Notes: generated by a model from the sequence alone, not told the origin. A stretch of 248,000 bases of DNA from Andalucia godoyi And28 (GCA_009859145.1 VRVR01000022.1:20001-268000); one strand, 5' to 3'. Positions 169,103 to 181,453 are shown, counted from the first letter of the stretch. Translations and numbers: made by a program.

Positions 169103-171418
169103 ATGGATGCTCGACTCGAACGTTCGTTTTCAGTTCCGAATAAGCTGTCGCTGCGTGTGCCTTCACATGTATCGCAACGAACAGCGTATATTCTGCCTTC
169201 TATAACATGTATGACATCATCGATCCAGAAGAGCTGCCTTTTTGCTGGTCGTTTGAATGGACAAATTGCAGTTTTTCGGTTTGATCCACTGAGCGGAGTG
169301 AATGTGGACGCGCCGTTTGTGACTCTGAATGGCCATGAAGCTCGCATTTCCACAATGTACTTCTCCGAGCAGTTCGGACTCTTGTTTACGGGGTCTGTGG
169401 ATGGATCGATTCGGGTATGGGACCCGTTTGTTCTCGATGCAAAGGATTTGTGCATTCAGGTCATTTCTTCGCATTCAAGGGCGATTTCAGGGCTTGCGGT
169501 CCACGAAGCAATGTTGGTCTCGAGCTCAATTGACGGCCGAGCGGTTGCGTATCAAACGGATACAAGGAAACGAGGAGCGTTAGTGTACCCGTGGTTCTAT
169601 GAAGTCCAGGTGATGGAAGGTAGGTTTGACGGATGGGTGTCTTCACTGGCAGCTTCCCCTGTTCGAAGAGTCGGAGAGGCCGCTGATCTGGTTGTCGGAA
169701 CGTCGGACGGAAAGCTCGTCCTCTTTGTTTCGGAGCCTGTTCCATTTGCCGACACTGGTATTTCATTTCGGTTCAATTATTTAAAGACGCACACGGACTT
169801 GCACAAGCTGGCGGTGACATTTGTGCTGTTGCTCATCAAGGAAAACATGATTGTTACGATTTGCAATGACAAGACCGTCCGCATCCTGGAGTCCATTTCT
169901 GGAAAACCGTTTTTCACGCTGCAGAATCCGCGGGGGAGGCTGTTTGTGCACTGCGATTGGAATGAGAATTCAAAAGAATTGCTGCTGTTGGACGACAGCG
170001 CGCATGTCGAGGTGTGGAAGTATGATATTGGGTCACTGATCTTCTCCAAGAAACTGAGCCATCTTCCTCTGCATGTTGTCAAGTGGTTTCCCGACGATGA
170101 CGATCGGTTTTTCGTTGGGGGAACTTTAGGAGTATCACAATATCGACTGTCACGTGAGGTCGGCGCGAAAAAGATGGAGGGCCACTCCGAAGGAATAATG
170201 TTCATCAAGCGACTGGATCTCGCTGTTCATGAACAAAGACTCTACACTGTCGGTCTCGATCGAAAGACCATCCAGTGGGTTGTGTTTGATGAAGGGCTGA
170301 ACCTGCTGAACACGCGGATGGAAACCAAGTCAGACATTACGGGGTTCCATTGCTGGGTTGTGGAGGACATGAGCATTTTTGTTGCAAAGGAGTTCCGTCA
170401 AAAAGAAGCAACATATGATGATGACATGTCCACGTCGACAAAGCGCCTGTTTGTCTTTTCCGGTCACGAGGATGGCACAATTCGCGCCCTGTTTGCCGGG
170501 AATGACCGCTCATTCGACATCAAAGCCCACCAGAACTCGGTTACGAGTATCGCAGGAGCGCTCAAGTACTGGAATGCACGTGATCGGCAGTTGGTACCGT
170601 GCCCCCATATTGCTTCCGTCGGCTATGATGGTTGTTTGGGATTCTGGAAGATTGAAATGTCGGGTGGGCTTCCGTACCTCGATTGTCTGGACTTTGTGCG
170701 CATTTCTGATTCAGAGTTGCTGACAGTCCTTGTCAATTCCTCCAACAATACGTACATTACTGGTGGTAACGACACAATTATTCGGGTGTTTTCCGCTCGG
170801 GGTCCCGAACTCCATCTTGTACACAAACTTGAAGGTCACGAAGGCCCCATCTCCGTGCTGGAGCGCGATGGAAATTTCCTGTTCAGTTCGGGCGTAGAAA
170901 AGTCAATCCTTGTGTGGGATTTGCACTCTGGAACATGCTTACGGAAGCTCTCTGGTCACACAGGAGAAATCACAGGTATTACAATGCTCGACTCGGTTGG
171001 GTTTTTGGTTTCTTGCTCCCTGGACGGCTCCCTGGCGAAGTGGCACTATCCGTCCGGAAGGCTTGTGAAGAAGTTCAATCGCCAAGAAAAGTTTACGTGC
171101 ATGGATTACGATTCAGCGTACAACGTCATGTACATTGGAACCGCCTCGGGGGCGCTTCTGCAAGTTGACTTGGAATCCGTGTCGGAGGTTGATGATAACG
171201 CTCCGATCATCCCGACATCCGAGAATTCGGCAAGACCGAGAACATCGTTTCAGCGTGTCAGTTTTGCGACAGCCCGAATGAAGTTGATGTCTGCAGCGTC
171301 TTCGGAGATCACGGATCGACGGTCCACAGTTTCCGGCAACGACTTGAATTCGTCTTCGATGGAGATTCGGCGGGGCTTAAATGTAAGGAGAACGATAACT
171401 CTCGCACCGGCAAACTAG
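169103..171418 (+). CDS. WD40-repeat protein
   Basis: multiple GH..WD repeats. Confidence 0.8.
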   Translation: MDARLERSFSVPNKLSLRVPSHVSQRTAYILPSITCMTSSIQKSCLFAGRLNGQIAVFRFDPLSGVNVDAPFVTLNGHEARISTMYFSEQFGLLFTGSVDGSIRVWDPFVLDAKDLCIQVISSHSRAISGLAVHEAMLVSSSIDGRAVAYQTDTRKRGALVYPWFYEVQVMEGRFDGWVSSLAASPVRRVGEAADLVVGTSDGKLVLFVSEPVPFADTGISFRFNYLKTHTDLHKLAVTFVLLLIKENMIVTICNDKTVRILESISGKPFFTLQNPRGRLFVHCDWNENSKELLLLDDSAHVEVWKYDIGSLIFSKKLSHLPLHVVKWFPDDDDRFFVGGTLGVSQYRLSREVGAKKMEGHSEGIMFIKRLDLAVHEQRLYTVGLDRKTIQWVVFDEGLNLLNTRMETKSDITGFHCWVVEDMSIFVAKEFRQKEATYDDDMSTSTKRLFVFSGHEDGTIRALFAGNDRSFDIKAHQNSVTSIAGALKYWNARDRQLVPCPHIASVGYDGCLGFWKIEMSGGLPYLDCLDFVRISDSELLTVLVNSSNNTYITGGNDTIIRVFSARGPELHLVHKLEGHEGPISVLERDGNFLFSSGVEKSILVWDLHSGTCLRKLSGHTGEITGITMLDSVGFLVSCSLDGSLAKWHYPSGRLVKKFNRQEKFTCMDYDSAYNVMYIGTASGALLQVDLESVSEVDDNAPIIPTSENSARPRTSFQRVSFATARMKLMSAASSEITDRRSTVSGNDLNSSSMEIRRGLNVRRTITLAPAN

Positions 171419-171659
171419 CTTGAGCAATTGTCTTTTGTTGTTTTCGGTGTCCCCACTCCTTCTCCTTTGTCATTTGTAATATCATTTTCTTGTTGCTGCA
171501 CTTCAATTCATTATTTGCACAGCAAGAACGTGTTGGAACGCGATCATTTGGCTAATCCACTTCATTCGCTGTATTGCTTAACTTTCAATAATTAAAAAAA
171601 AGGAAGAACAGCAACACATTGTATATCTTCAAACCGATGCATGCTGCCCTTGCCGATAC

Positions 171660-173309
171660 TCAATAGGCACGCCGAGAGTCTTCCTCCGGCTCGGGCGCCG
171701 GAGTGACTGACAGAGTCATCTTCTTTCCTTGGCGATTAATCTCGATCTGCAGAGGCTGGAAGTGGCTGTTCCCGGTGATTTCCATGACCTCTCCAGCCGT
171801 CCGAACTGGTTTCCCGTTAATGGACAGAATTAAATCCAGCGGACGGATGCCACCTGCATCCGCAGGACTACCTTCGATGACATCTGGAACAAAGACGCCT
171901 TCCGATAAGTCCACATTGCGATACCTGCGGTCCCACTGTCTCATCAAGTTTGAAACATACGGACTGATCGTAATCACAAACATTCCTGTGTAAGGCCGGA
172001 TAACACGTCCATACTTCTGCAACTGGTCCACAATCTCTTTCGCAGTCTTGATGGGAATCGCAAACGAGATGCCTGAAACATCGGCCTTCAATGAATTGAT
172101 TCCGATCACTTCTCCGTCCAAGTTGACCAACGGTCCTCCCGAGTTTCCCTGGTTGATCGGAGCATCCGTCTGAATAAACGTCGACAGCGGGCTCAGTCCC
172201 AGATCCGCACCCTTGCGCTCCACAGCAGACACAATGCCGTGCGTGACTGTGTTTGATAGCTGCAGAGGGCATCCCAATGCAACGACGAACTCGCCAACTC
172301 GCAACTTGTCCGAGTCGCCTGTCGAAACGCACCGCCGCAACAAAAACAAACGACACAAACCGAAGACAGAATAATAATAATAACAACAACAATAATAATA
172401 ATAAAAGATGAGTGATTAATAAGTCAAACCTCTGAGCTGTAGCCTGCATTCAAGAACAGCAATCACTTCAAGAAACGTACCGAGTTTCGCAACAGGTAGC
172501 GGATCTGTGGTGTCGACCTTGACCAACGCAACATCGGATCGCTCGTCCAGGGCAAGCACCCTTCCTTTGAACGACCGGCCATCCGTCAGTGCAACCGTCA
172601 ACTGGTGATTTCCAAAAATAAATAAATAATGATAATTAAAAATGCTCAGAACCGCAATCGAAAATAAAAACAGAACACAACAGATTGGATGTACAAGAGA
172701 TGAACTGAAAATCGCAAAAAGCAGAGAAGAAAAAACAAACGAAAACAGAACATACCTCCTTGTTCTTGTCCTTACTCTTTGAAGATGCAAAAGCTACAAC
172801 ATGAGCATTCGTGACAATGGTTCCATCCTTTCCCGCATGCAAAATCGCAGTTAGAGAGCTGGTTGTTGAATTTCAGAAAGCAAAAAGACGTTGATTCCTC
172901 CGCGATTCTTTCCAGCTGATGAGTACTGTGGCGAAAAAGATCATACTTCGGAGATGATGAACCCCGAACCCGATGCCTTGGACACAAACCACGCGAATTC
173001 CTGCTCGCTGGATATGCTCACAGTTGCGTCCTTTGCAATCGACACAGCATCTGCAATAAAGTATCTCGACAACGGGCGATCGGACGCGGATCCGCTTCTG
173101 CGGTCCGTATTTGCAGAGCCCTCAGGAACAATCATGTCCATCCCGAGCACACTGCTATCCGTATCAGGACGAAGAAGAGCAGCAGGATGGAACTGCACCG
173201 TACGCCCACTCTGCCATTGCCGATGATGGCAATACAATGCCCCTCCAAACGCCCCTGTGGCCAATGCGAGTCCAGCAATGCTCGCCGATTTCAACCACTT
173301 TCGAACCAT
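171660..173309 (-). CDS. HtrA2/Deg serine protease with PDZ (multi-exon)
   Basis: [27 protein letters not shown] across GT-AG introns. Confidence 0.88.
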
Positions 173310-173611
173310 CACTCTCTCACCCAACGTTCCTCCGTGTTTTCCCACGCCTTTCCTAATCCCCACTAGACACAAATCAGCTGTCACGCCGATCACATGCGAC
173401 CACACACTCGGACGCAAAAAAAAACACATGCAGTCGTACAAAATGTCGGCGCAAATTAGGCAAGGGGTTCCAGTTTGGATTTGATGCTAGGATCCTACGA
173501 AGAGACGAGAACCTGCAGCATTCGAGTCTTTCGTCTTGGGTTTTTGGGCTTTTGAATTTTTCATTCTTATGTTTTCTTTTCCTCACCTCTTTCCTTTGCG
173601 GATTCAAGCAA

Positions 173612-175666
173612 ATGAACCGGTTTGCCGATGTCCGGATAGGAGTTCCGATTCCTGGAGTTGACTTGTCGTCTCCATTGTCTCTGGAGCCTTCATCCTTCCG
173701 AAGCATCTTATATCAAGGCGAAACATTGGATGTGCTCTTGTATCTTTTTCAGCCTCTTGGCTCTCCGCACAACTCGGCCTTTGCATCTCACGGATTCTCA
173801 ACGGATCCTACCGTTGCATCCTTTGTTGATCCTTCGCTTTGGAAGAAAAGAGCTCGCTTGCTAAGCATGGATCTGAAGCTTCTGTACTCGAAATCTGCTG
173901 CACATTCTGCACAAACCAACATGGCATCTGCAAATAACAACAATACGAACGCGAATGCAAATGCAAATGTAACTGCAAATGCGAATGGAATTGAACTTGT
174001 TGTTTCTCCGCTGGAGCGAATTCAACTGACCAATGCGCAATTATCCTCGGGCCCAATGGCGCTGAGTGGAGCTACCCCATCGATTGTGCCCGGCACGTCT
174101 GCGTCTCAGATTCTTGGACCGTCGGTGCAGAGAATACCTTTGCGCAACTGCGCTTCTTCGATCGTATTTGAGAGCAATCTGGCCGTCGTCTACTTGCTTC
174201 GCGCGTCTCTTTTGATTCCTGTATCGCTGTCGAACAAACCAATGTATCTCGTAGCGGGTGTGCATCCGTCGACACTGCCTTCTGCGAAGAATCTTGAGTT
174301 TGGGAAGGGCTCGGTAGAAAAATCGCTGAAACCTCGAAACTTCAGCATGCCTTCTTCTCTCAGCTCAAGTGCACTCATCTTGGACGGAACATCGTCGATG
174401 ATGGTTTCAGGAGAACATCCAGTGGTGCCTCCGACGCCCAGTGCCCCAGTTGTTCAAGATATGACCCACAGTAGTAGCAACAGTGGTGGCAGTGGTAGTG
174501 GGTCGACTAGTGACAGTCGCAGCAGTAGCAGTAGCGGCAACAGTCGGTATTTCGAGTCTGTGACGGTGCTGGATGATGCTACTCGGTCTCTGCTGACGTC
174601 CGTGTCCTATGCGATTCTTCCGGACTTGGATAGCGTGTCGTCGGTTGGATCTCCGTTGGTTGCAGAGTCGGATTGCTTTGGCCCCGTATACGTCTTGAAT
174701 CCACTGAACGTGCATTGGTTCCAGAAGCAGGTCGGAAAACAGACGATGATCTCCATTTCCGTGACACATTCAACATTTCGTGTTCGATCGCACCGTTCGT
174801 CAGCTGCACAATCGACTCCAGATGCAGATGGCGGCGGGGGTTCTGCCCTGGATTCCGGTTCTCCGGCATCGGATGCGTCGTTTTTGTCAGAAGTTGGAGA
174901 TGATGTGGATGCCGCCGCGGCTGCAAACAAGAGCATTGTGGATGATGTGGAGACGCGATCGCTGTTCATGATTGAGATTTCCGATGTGAAGCTGTTTGAT
175001 CCGTCTGTGTCTGCCATTGATGCAAAAGGTCTGCATGCTGCTGCGTTTGTGCCGATCCATCCTCGGTTCTCGTCAATCCTGTTGAAGCCAAACGAACAGT
175101 TTACCTTTGCGTTCTGGACTTCGCTGAGCGTCGACGATGCGTTGCTGCAGATTTCGTGGAAATCACACAACCCTCCATCGGATCCTGCACCCGCTTCCAC
175201 AGATTTTCTCGTTCATGAGCAGCTCTTGCGATGGAAGCCGAAGGATCCGTGTCCAATGGAGATTGTGTTGAGTCCGCTTGCTCCCGTTGCAAAAGTCGGA
175301 GATGAATTCACCGTCAGCGGAGTCTTTGCAAACCGTGGTGGGTTCGATGCTGATGTCGTTATCCATGTCGGTCCGCCGGCTGTCGCAAACTTACCAGCTT
175401 CCAGCACTCTTTCTTCCGCTCTTTCGTGTCATGCCCAGATCGACTCGGTGCGGTTCTTGCCAAAGCAAATTGCTACTTGCAGAGAGCGGACGATTTCTCT
175501 GGGCAAGGTCGTGAATCATGGAATTGCGTCGTTTTGTCTTTCTTACTCGTTCCATTTGCCAGGACTCGTGTTGCCGCCTTCGTTTATCGTCGAAGACAGG
175601 TATTCTGGTGCAAAGTTCACTGTTTTGCCGAGGTCGGATCTCGATTGTCTGGTGTACGTCGAATGA
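173612..175666 (+). CDS. hypothetical beta-rich protein (TRAPP-accessory-like)
   Basis: long ORF; LYQGETL start. Confidence 0.5.
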   Translation: MNRFADVRIGVPIPGVDLSSPLSLEPSSFRSILYQGETLDVLLYLFQPLGSPHNSAFASHGFSTDPTVASFVDPSLWKKRARLLSMDLKLLYSKSAAHSAQTNMASANNNNTNANANANVTANANGIELVVSPLERIQLTNAQLSSGPMALSGATPSIVPGTSASQILGPSVQRIPLRNCASSIVFESNLAVVYLLRASLLIPVSLSNKPMYLVAGVHPSTLPSAKNLEFGKGSVEKSLKPRNFSMPSSLSSSALILDGTSSMMVSGEHPVVPPTPSAPVVQDMTHSSSNSGGSGSGSTSDSRSSSSSGNSRYFESVTVLDDATRSLLTSVSYAILPDLDSVSSVGSPLVAESDCFGPVYVLNPLNVHWFQKQVGKQTMISISVTHSTFRVRSHRSSAAQSTPDADGGGGSALDSGSPASDASFLSEVGDDVDAAAAANKSIVDDVETRSLFMIEISDVKLFDPSVSAIDAKGLHAAAFVPIHPRFSSILLKPNEQFTFAFWTSLSVDDALLQISWKSHNPPSDPAPASTDFLVHEQLLRWKPKDPCPMEIVLSPLAPVAKVGDEFTVSGVFANRGGFDADVVIHVGPPAVANLPASSTLSSALSCHAQIDSVRFLPKQIATCRERTISLGKVVNHGIASFCLSYSFHLPGLVLPPSFIVEDRYSGAKFTVLPRSDLDCLVYVE

Positions 175667-176040
175667 GATTTTTTCTTTTTCTTTTTCCCTCCTCCCCCTT
175701 TTCTTCTCTCTTCTTGGGTTGAAAAAATATATTTATTTATTTACTACCATTGTCTTCATGTTCTTTTTATATTTATATTTATTATTATTATTATTTCCAT
175801 TTTTAAAATAAATATTCTATTCCCTCTTTCTTTCTTCTTTTTTCTTGCCACACAAACTAGTGAGTCACATCTGTTTTCGTTCAGCTTCTTGTTGTTTTCA
175901 CCCGTTCCCTGTGCTTGGCAGTCGGGGAACAAATGATGACTTCCAGCGACTGTAAAAAAAACAAAAGCACACTTGGTTAACAAAAGATTTCGTTAGCGAA
176001 ATGAAATGAGAGACAGGGAGGAAACCGAGAGGGACAAAAA

Positions 176041-176110
176041 ACTAGTAACCCTAGTTTGCATGTGCTTTGCTATTTTCCAGCTATCAGCTTCTGGCAAACC
176101 CTAGGTTTCG
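176041..176110. promoter_or_regulatory. telo-box-like AACCCTAG motifs upstream of RPL7
   Basis: TAACCCTAG and AAACCCTAGGTTT. Confidence 0.4.
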
Positions 176111-176248
176111 TCGGCGATGTATGTTGTCATTTTGCTGATTTCCCTAATTTTCCCCAATTTTTTCCAGTTTCCTCCTTTCTTCCTTTTATCTCTCCCCCTT
176201 TTTCCCCTTGTGGTTCGTTTCTATTGTTGGGTTCACCGATTTATCAAT

Positions 176249-176980
176249 ATGGCACCGACTGTTGCAGCCCCCGTCCCCGAGACTGTCCTCAAGGCCCGCA
176301 AGACCCGTGAGGCCAACGCCGCCGCCTCTCTCCAGGCCAAGGCATCTGCCGCAAAGAAGCGCTCTGTTCAGCGCCGCGTTGCATTTGTCAACGCCGAGCG
176401 GTACCTGAAGCAGCACAAGCAGCAGGAAGCTGACGCCATCCGTGCCCGCCGTGTTGCACGCGCTGCCGGAAACTTTTTCCGTGAGCCCGAGGCCAAGCTT
176501 GCCTTTGTCATCCGTATCCGTGGTATCAACGGAGTCAGTCCTCGCGTGAAGAAGATCCTCCAGCTTCTCCGCCTTCGCCAGATCAACAACGGAGTCTTTG
176601 TCAAGCTGAACAAGGCCACCATCAGCATGCTCAAGCTTGTTGAGCCGTTCGTTGCATACGGATACCCCAACCTGAAGTCCGTCCGCGAGCTCGTCTTGAA
176701 GCGTGGTTTTGCCAAGGTTAACCGCAACCGTATCCCCATCACTGACAATGCCATTGTTGAGCAGTCTCTTGGACAGCAGGGAATCATCTGCGTTGAAGAT
176801 CTGATCCACGAGATCTACACCGTCGGACCCAACTTCCAAAAGGCAAACAACTTCCTCTGGCCGTTCAAGCTGGACTCGCCCAACGGTGGTCTCCGCAGAA
176901 AGGCTGTCCACTTCATCGAGGGAGGTGACGGTGGAAACCGAGAGACCCTCATCAACAAGATGATCCGCCAGATGCTTTAA
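176249..176980 (+). CDS. RPL7: 60S ribosomal protein L7 (uL30)
   Basis: [35 protein letters not shown]. Confidence 0.97.
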   Translation: MAPTVAAPVPETVLKARKTREANAAASLQAKASAAKKRSVQRRVAFVNAERYLKQHKQQEADAIRARRVARAAGNFFREPEAKLAFVIRIRGINGVSPRVKKILQLLRLRQINNGVFVKLNKATISMLKLVEPFVAYGYPNLKSVRELVLKRGFAKVNRNRIPITDNAIVEQSLGQQGIICVEDLIHEIYTVGPNFQKANNFLWPFKLDSPNGGLRRKAVHFIEGGDGGNRETLINKMIRQML

Positions 176981-177307
176981 AGTGAACAGAGTGATAAAAA
177001 TTTGGAATCCGAGTTGTGTGTCCTACGTAGAGTAAGTAAAACGAGAGAAGAAAAAAATAGACTGCATTAAAAAAAAATATAATAGCAACAATAAAACCAT
177101 CGTTTTCTTTGGTCGTCGTCTCCTCTGCTTCATTCAATTTTTCGTTTCTCTCTGTATTTTATTATCTTCTTCATCAGCTTGTCCGCGTCTCTGTCGCTTT
177201 CACTCACGTTTCCGATTAGCATTTAATTAAAAAGGGAAGGGGGAAAAAGAAGAAAGAAGAAGAAAAGAAAGGACGAAAAAAGGGTTTCTTGTTTCCAGGG
177301 CGGATTC

Positions 177308-179704
177308 ATGAAGCATTTTGCAATTGTGAGTGAGGGAGGCTACACCTTCTTCCACGACTGTCCAAACGACATGCCGCTGTTGGCATTCTCGATGACCCAG
177401 GAACATGCATTTGAATGCATGAACCAGTATGCTCGGTCGGTTCGTTGCGGAGATACTCTGTTTGTATCTGAAAAGTTTGAATCGTTTCATTATGTTGCTG
177501 TGAGCGATGAAGGCGATTCCGAGCTTTCACTTCGACGAAAACTGCAATTTCTGAGAGACTTGGTTGCGTTTTATGTCCACTGTCCGCCCGACGCTGCAGG
177601 AGAACCTCTTTATGGAAAGACGTTTGCAGCGTATCGGTCTCTGACTGAGCATCGGTTCAGTGCTGTGCTGGATGCCGTCGAAGTCTTGTCAATTAATTCT
177701 GGAATCAAGACTATGATTGAGACAATGCTTGGCGACTCTCTCTTTGCTGCGCGATCGATTACGCACGGGCTTCTTTTTGTGGGAAATAAGCTTGCAGTCA
177801 ACTGGAATCGACGTCCCGTCGCTCGGCAACGATCCAATGTGATACCAGCGCTGACACACGGAGACGTCCTGTTGCTGATGATGCATTCCCTGTGTTCATT
177901 TGACTGCGATCTCGGTAACGACGTGTTGGTTTCGGAAACTACGTTGGCGAAACTCCTAGCAGACAAGGAGCCGCAAATCGCCAGAGAAGAAACAGCTGCG
178001 CCAACAGCAACAGCAGCAGCTGCAGCAGCAGAAGTAGAGGGTGATTTGCAGATGCAGCAGGAGCTCTCAAAGGCGGAACAGCCGCAAGCAGAAGGTTTGT
178101 TTAAAACAGACAGTGCTTCAGAAGACGTTCCTGCCGAGTTGCAGAGTCCCGCTGCTGGTGCTGGAGAAGACGGTGAGTTCGAAAGAAAAGGATCAGATCG
178201 ACGCGATGGAAAAGAATTGATGAGGAGGCATAGTTCAAAGAGGAAAGCAGCGTCTCCGAGCAATGGTAGCGCTGGTGCAGCTCATGAAGACGAAATGTCA
178301 GATGTTACAGATGACTATGTTTCTTGTTTTGGAGATTTGGACGGGGAGCTCCTTTCCCCGCTGCCCGAGCATCGAGAGGACCGCTGTTTTGGAACGGATG
178401 ACATCCTCATGGCCCAAACGTTTCTTCGGAGCATTTCATTGTACAATGGCGAGTTGTCCGGGGTTTGGAACAGCGAAAGCTGCCAATCGCTGCAAGAGTA
178501 TCAGAAATCTCAGGGGCTTCCAACAACCAACCAGCTGGATTCTGCGGTGATGTCCATTATCACAAGACACATGTACAGCGACTATGGTACCGTGGAGGGC
178601 GACGAGGGTGCGTATCATACGCCCTCTGCATCTCTTCGATACGTATCTGGGTCTCATCGTGGCTCGAAACGCATGGGGTCATCGCTTCGGAAGCGCTCCA
178701 CTGTTTCGCTGACAAGGAAGTCCTCGCAAGGCAGCTTCGATTCCGCATCGCCGCCTCCGCCGGGTGTTGCAATTCAGCTGAGCTCTGCTGCTTCGCTTTC
178801 GTCTTCCACATCTTCCACATCTCCGTCTTCCGTCTCGCCTCCTCTCAAAGGATCGAGCTCCAATGAAGGCTACGGCGAGCAGTTAGAGGCGCCGAGTTCT
178901 CGGGAACCGATTCCCTCACCATCGGTGACGGATACGCCCAAGACTCGCGCTTCTGTGGTTTTGCAATCCTTTGGAGATCGTCCCTCGCTGATCTGCTGTT
179001 ACAAACTTGGCGACAATACGGTACTGGTACTTGTGTGCAGCAGTCTAACTGCGGCAGCTTGGGAAGACGTTCCTGAGGATGCCGTGCAGGAAATTGATCG
179101 CTCTGTGGAGCATCTTCGCAACCAGATCAGTGAATATATGAGTTTTCTTGAAACTTGCGAGAAGACGCACGTCCGAATGATGTCGTATTTGCACGAATGC
179201 CCGGGAATGATCCATTTTCTTTACTGCGACCGGACGCACAACTACACTGTATCACCAGCAATTTCCTCTCTGTTGGCGAAGAACGGGAGCGCAGAAGCGG
179301 AAATAGCACATCTCAAGTGGTTGCGAACTTGCGTCCACCGCATGGTCGAATGGGGAGTGAAGCTCCTGTGGGATGGCCAGACGTTTGGATTAATCCGCCT
179401 TACTGGTGGCTCTCACTCCGTGGATCTGCAGATCGGATATCAATTCTGGATTGAAGATGAGAACCACGAGCATGTCATGCCTGAAGTTCCGCTCAAGGAT
179501 CTCCGTGGCTTGTTGTGTTCGGTATCGAACTTCTCCAACGGGGAGCTTGTCAGGAGGCTGTTTCCTTCCGTGTCTGACAAGCGTCGCAATCTGTTCACAG
179601 TTCATGAGTTCTTTTCTTTATGGCTCGGTTTCATTGACCAAGAAATGGTTCACCAAGTTTCATCATCATTGCAAAACAAGTTCCGGTTCTCCGTGATGCG
179701 TTAA
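177308..179704 (+). CDS. HPS1: HPS1-like BLOC-3 subunit (longin domains)
   Basis: N-terminal longin, SAVLDAVE, PGMIHFLYCDRT. Confidence 0.6.
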   Translation: MKHFAIVSEGGYTFFHDCPNDMPLLAFSMTQEHAFECMNQYARSVRCGDTLFVSEKFESFHYVAVSDEGDSELSLRRKLQFLRDLVAFYVHCPPDAAGEPLYGKTFAAYRSLTEHRFSAVLDAVEVLSINSGIKTMIETMLGDSLFAARSITHGLLFVGNKLAVNWNRRPVARQRSNVIPALTHGDVLLLMMHSLCSFDCDLGNDVLVSETTLAKLLADKEPQIAREETAAPTATAAAAAAEVEGDLQMQQELSKAEQPQAEGLFKTDSASEDVPAELQSPAAGAGEDGEFERKGSDRRDGKELMRRHSSKRKAASPSNGSAGAAHEDEMSDVTDDYVSCFGDLDGELLSPLPEHREDRCFGTDDILMAQTFLRSISLYNGELSGVWNSESCQSLQEYQKSQGLPTTNQLDSAVMSIITRHMYSDYGTVEGDEGAYHTPSASLRYVSGSHRGSKRMGSSLRKRSTVSLTRKSSQGSFDSASPPPPGVAIQLSSAASLSSSTSSTSPSSVSPPLKGSSSNEGYGEQLEAPSSREPIPSPSVTDTPKTRASVVLQSFGDRPSLICCYKLGDNTVLVLVCSSLTAAAWEDVPEDAVQEIDRSVEHLRNQISEYMSFLETCEKTHVRMMSYLHECPGMIHFLYCDRTHNYTVSPAISSLLAKNGSAEAEIAHLKWLRTCVHRMVEWGVKLLWDGQTFGLIRLTGGSHSVDLQIGYQFWIEDENHEHVMPEVPLKDLRGLLCSVSNFSNGELVRRLFPSVSDKRRNLFTVHEFFSLWLGFIDQEMVHQVSSSLQNKFRFSVMR

Positions 179705-179920
179705 CCGTGTGCACGGAGGAGGGGTTTGTATATTTATGACTACTATCATAACAATTAGTATTTGCATCGTTCCTAATTAAATCATCAAAAATAATAATAA
179801 TTATTATTATAATACGTTATAATTAAATTTAAATTTAAATTTAATAATAATAATAAAAAATAGAAAAAGAAGAGAAGAAGAATAGAAAAAACGAGTGCAG
179901 CAAAAGAAGCATTACCTGCT

Positions 179921-181453
179921 TCATGCGACCTTGCTCTTTAGAGATTTGAATGCAGTCAAGCATCGGTCCCGTGCAAACACATGGTCAACCATCGGTTTCC
180001 CAAGATACCCCAAGGCCTCCAGTTGCGGAGCTGATCGATGCTTCCAAGGCTCATGGAGTTCCTTTGGAGGAACAGATTGCAGTTCGGGCACGTACTTTTT
180101 GATGAACACACCATCGGCATCGAATTTCTCCGATTGCGTGACAGGGTTGAAGATTCGAAAGTACGGCTGAGAGTCAGTGCCCGTCGAAGATGACCACTGC
180201 CACCCGCCGCTGTTCGACGCCTGGTCTCCGTCAATCAAGTGCTTTTTGAAGAACCTCTCGCCCCACCGCCAGTCGATCAGCAAATGCTTCGTCAAGAACA
180301 TGGCCACCACCATCCGAAGGCGATTGTGCATCCAGCCCGTCTGCTTGAGTTGCCGCATTGCCGCGTCTACAATGGGGTACCCAGTCCGTCCGTCGCACCA
180401 CGCCTTGAAGTCGTTCTTGTCGTACCGCCACTGGACCTTGTCCATGTCGACACGGAACGCCTGATTCATGCATGTCCGAGGGAATGCAACAAGAATGTTT
180501 CGGTAAAAGTCTCTCCAGCACAGTTCCGAGATCCAAGTGACACAGCCACCGTTTCCGAACTCCCAGCGGTTCTTGTTCAAAGACAACGCTTGTGCCAAGC
180601 ACTGCCGCGCAGAAATAACACCACTTGCAAGGTACGGTGACAATGACGAGGTTCCGTTCACGGATGGAAAATTCCTCTTTTCATCATACGCTGTCAAGCG
180701 ATGTTTCGCAAACTGATCCAGCAGCTGCTGTGCGTGGTCCTCTCCAGCTTCCCATAGCTGACGGATACTGGCTGACACGGACTCTGTATGAGATCCCAGA
180801 TCGGATGGGATGTCTGAAGATTGGACCGATGCTCGGAAAGGATTGCCAACAAGCGGGTGGGGAACCGGATTCACAGTGGTGAGTTCCGGATTTTCGGATA
180901 AATGCCGGTACCACGATTTTCGAAATGGCGAAAACATTGTGTATGTTTTCCCTTCTTTGGTGAACAACGACGTCGGTGGAACGATGCACTGATCATGGTA
181001 CTGGTGGATGGCAATGCCTTTTCCATTGCAAAGCCTCGCCAACTCTTCGTCCCGTCTCAATTCGTCAACTTCGTATTCAATGTTGAGACACACATGCTTG
181101 ATTCCATGCTGCATGCATAAACGAAGAACAGCATCTGGGATTCCTGCACGACTTTCAAAGCGCTGCACCACCAGTGGAATGTGCAGTTTCTGCAGAGAAT
181201 TTTTCAGCACTTTGAGATTCCGAAGCCAGAAATCAATCTTCACGGGTGCTTCGTCGTGCAACACAAAGTCCTCTTCGCTTATGACAAAGAGTGCAAGTAG
181301 CCCATGCGACCCTGCATATTGCACAGCATGGTGGAGAGCTCGGTTATCACACACTCTCAAGTCAGTTCGGAACCACAGGAGCGTCGGACCTGCATGCTGA
181401 TCAACAAGCTCAAGTTTTGCTCTTTTCGCTGGTGGTGCATGTGACTCTTCCAT
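179921..181453 (-). CDS. class I CPD photolyase
   Basis: WFRTDLRV.DN, TSSLSPYL, ELCWRDFY, GRTGYPIVDAAMRQL, WMHNRLRM, YFRIFNP. Confidence 0.92.
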   Translation of the reverse strand: MEESHAPPAKRAKLELVDQHAGPTLLWFRTDLRVCDNRALHHAVQYAGSHGLLALFVISEEDFVLHDEAPVKIDFWLRNLKVLKNSLQKLHIPLVVQRFESRAGIPDAVLRLCMQHGIKHVCLNIEYEVDELRRDEELARLCNGKGIAIHQYHDQCIVPPTSLFTKEGKTYTMFSPFRKSWYRHLSENPELTTVNPVPHPLVGNPFRASVQSSDIPSDLGSHTESVSASIRQLWEAGEDHAQQLLDQFAKHRLTAYDEKRNFPSVNGTSSLSPYLASGVISARQCLAQALSLNKNRWEFGNGGCVTWISELCWRDFYRNILVAFPRTCMNQAFRVDMDKVQWRYDKNDFKAWCDGRTGYPIVDAAMRQLKQTGWMHNRLRMVVAMFLTKHLLIDWRWGERFFKKHLIDGDQASNSGGWQWSSSTGTDSQPYFRIFNPVTQSEKFDADGVFIKKYVPELQSVPPKELHEPWKHRSAPQLEALGYLGKPMVDHVFARDRCLTAFKSLKSKVA

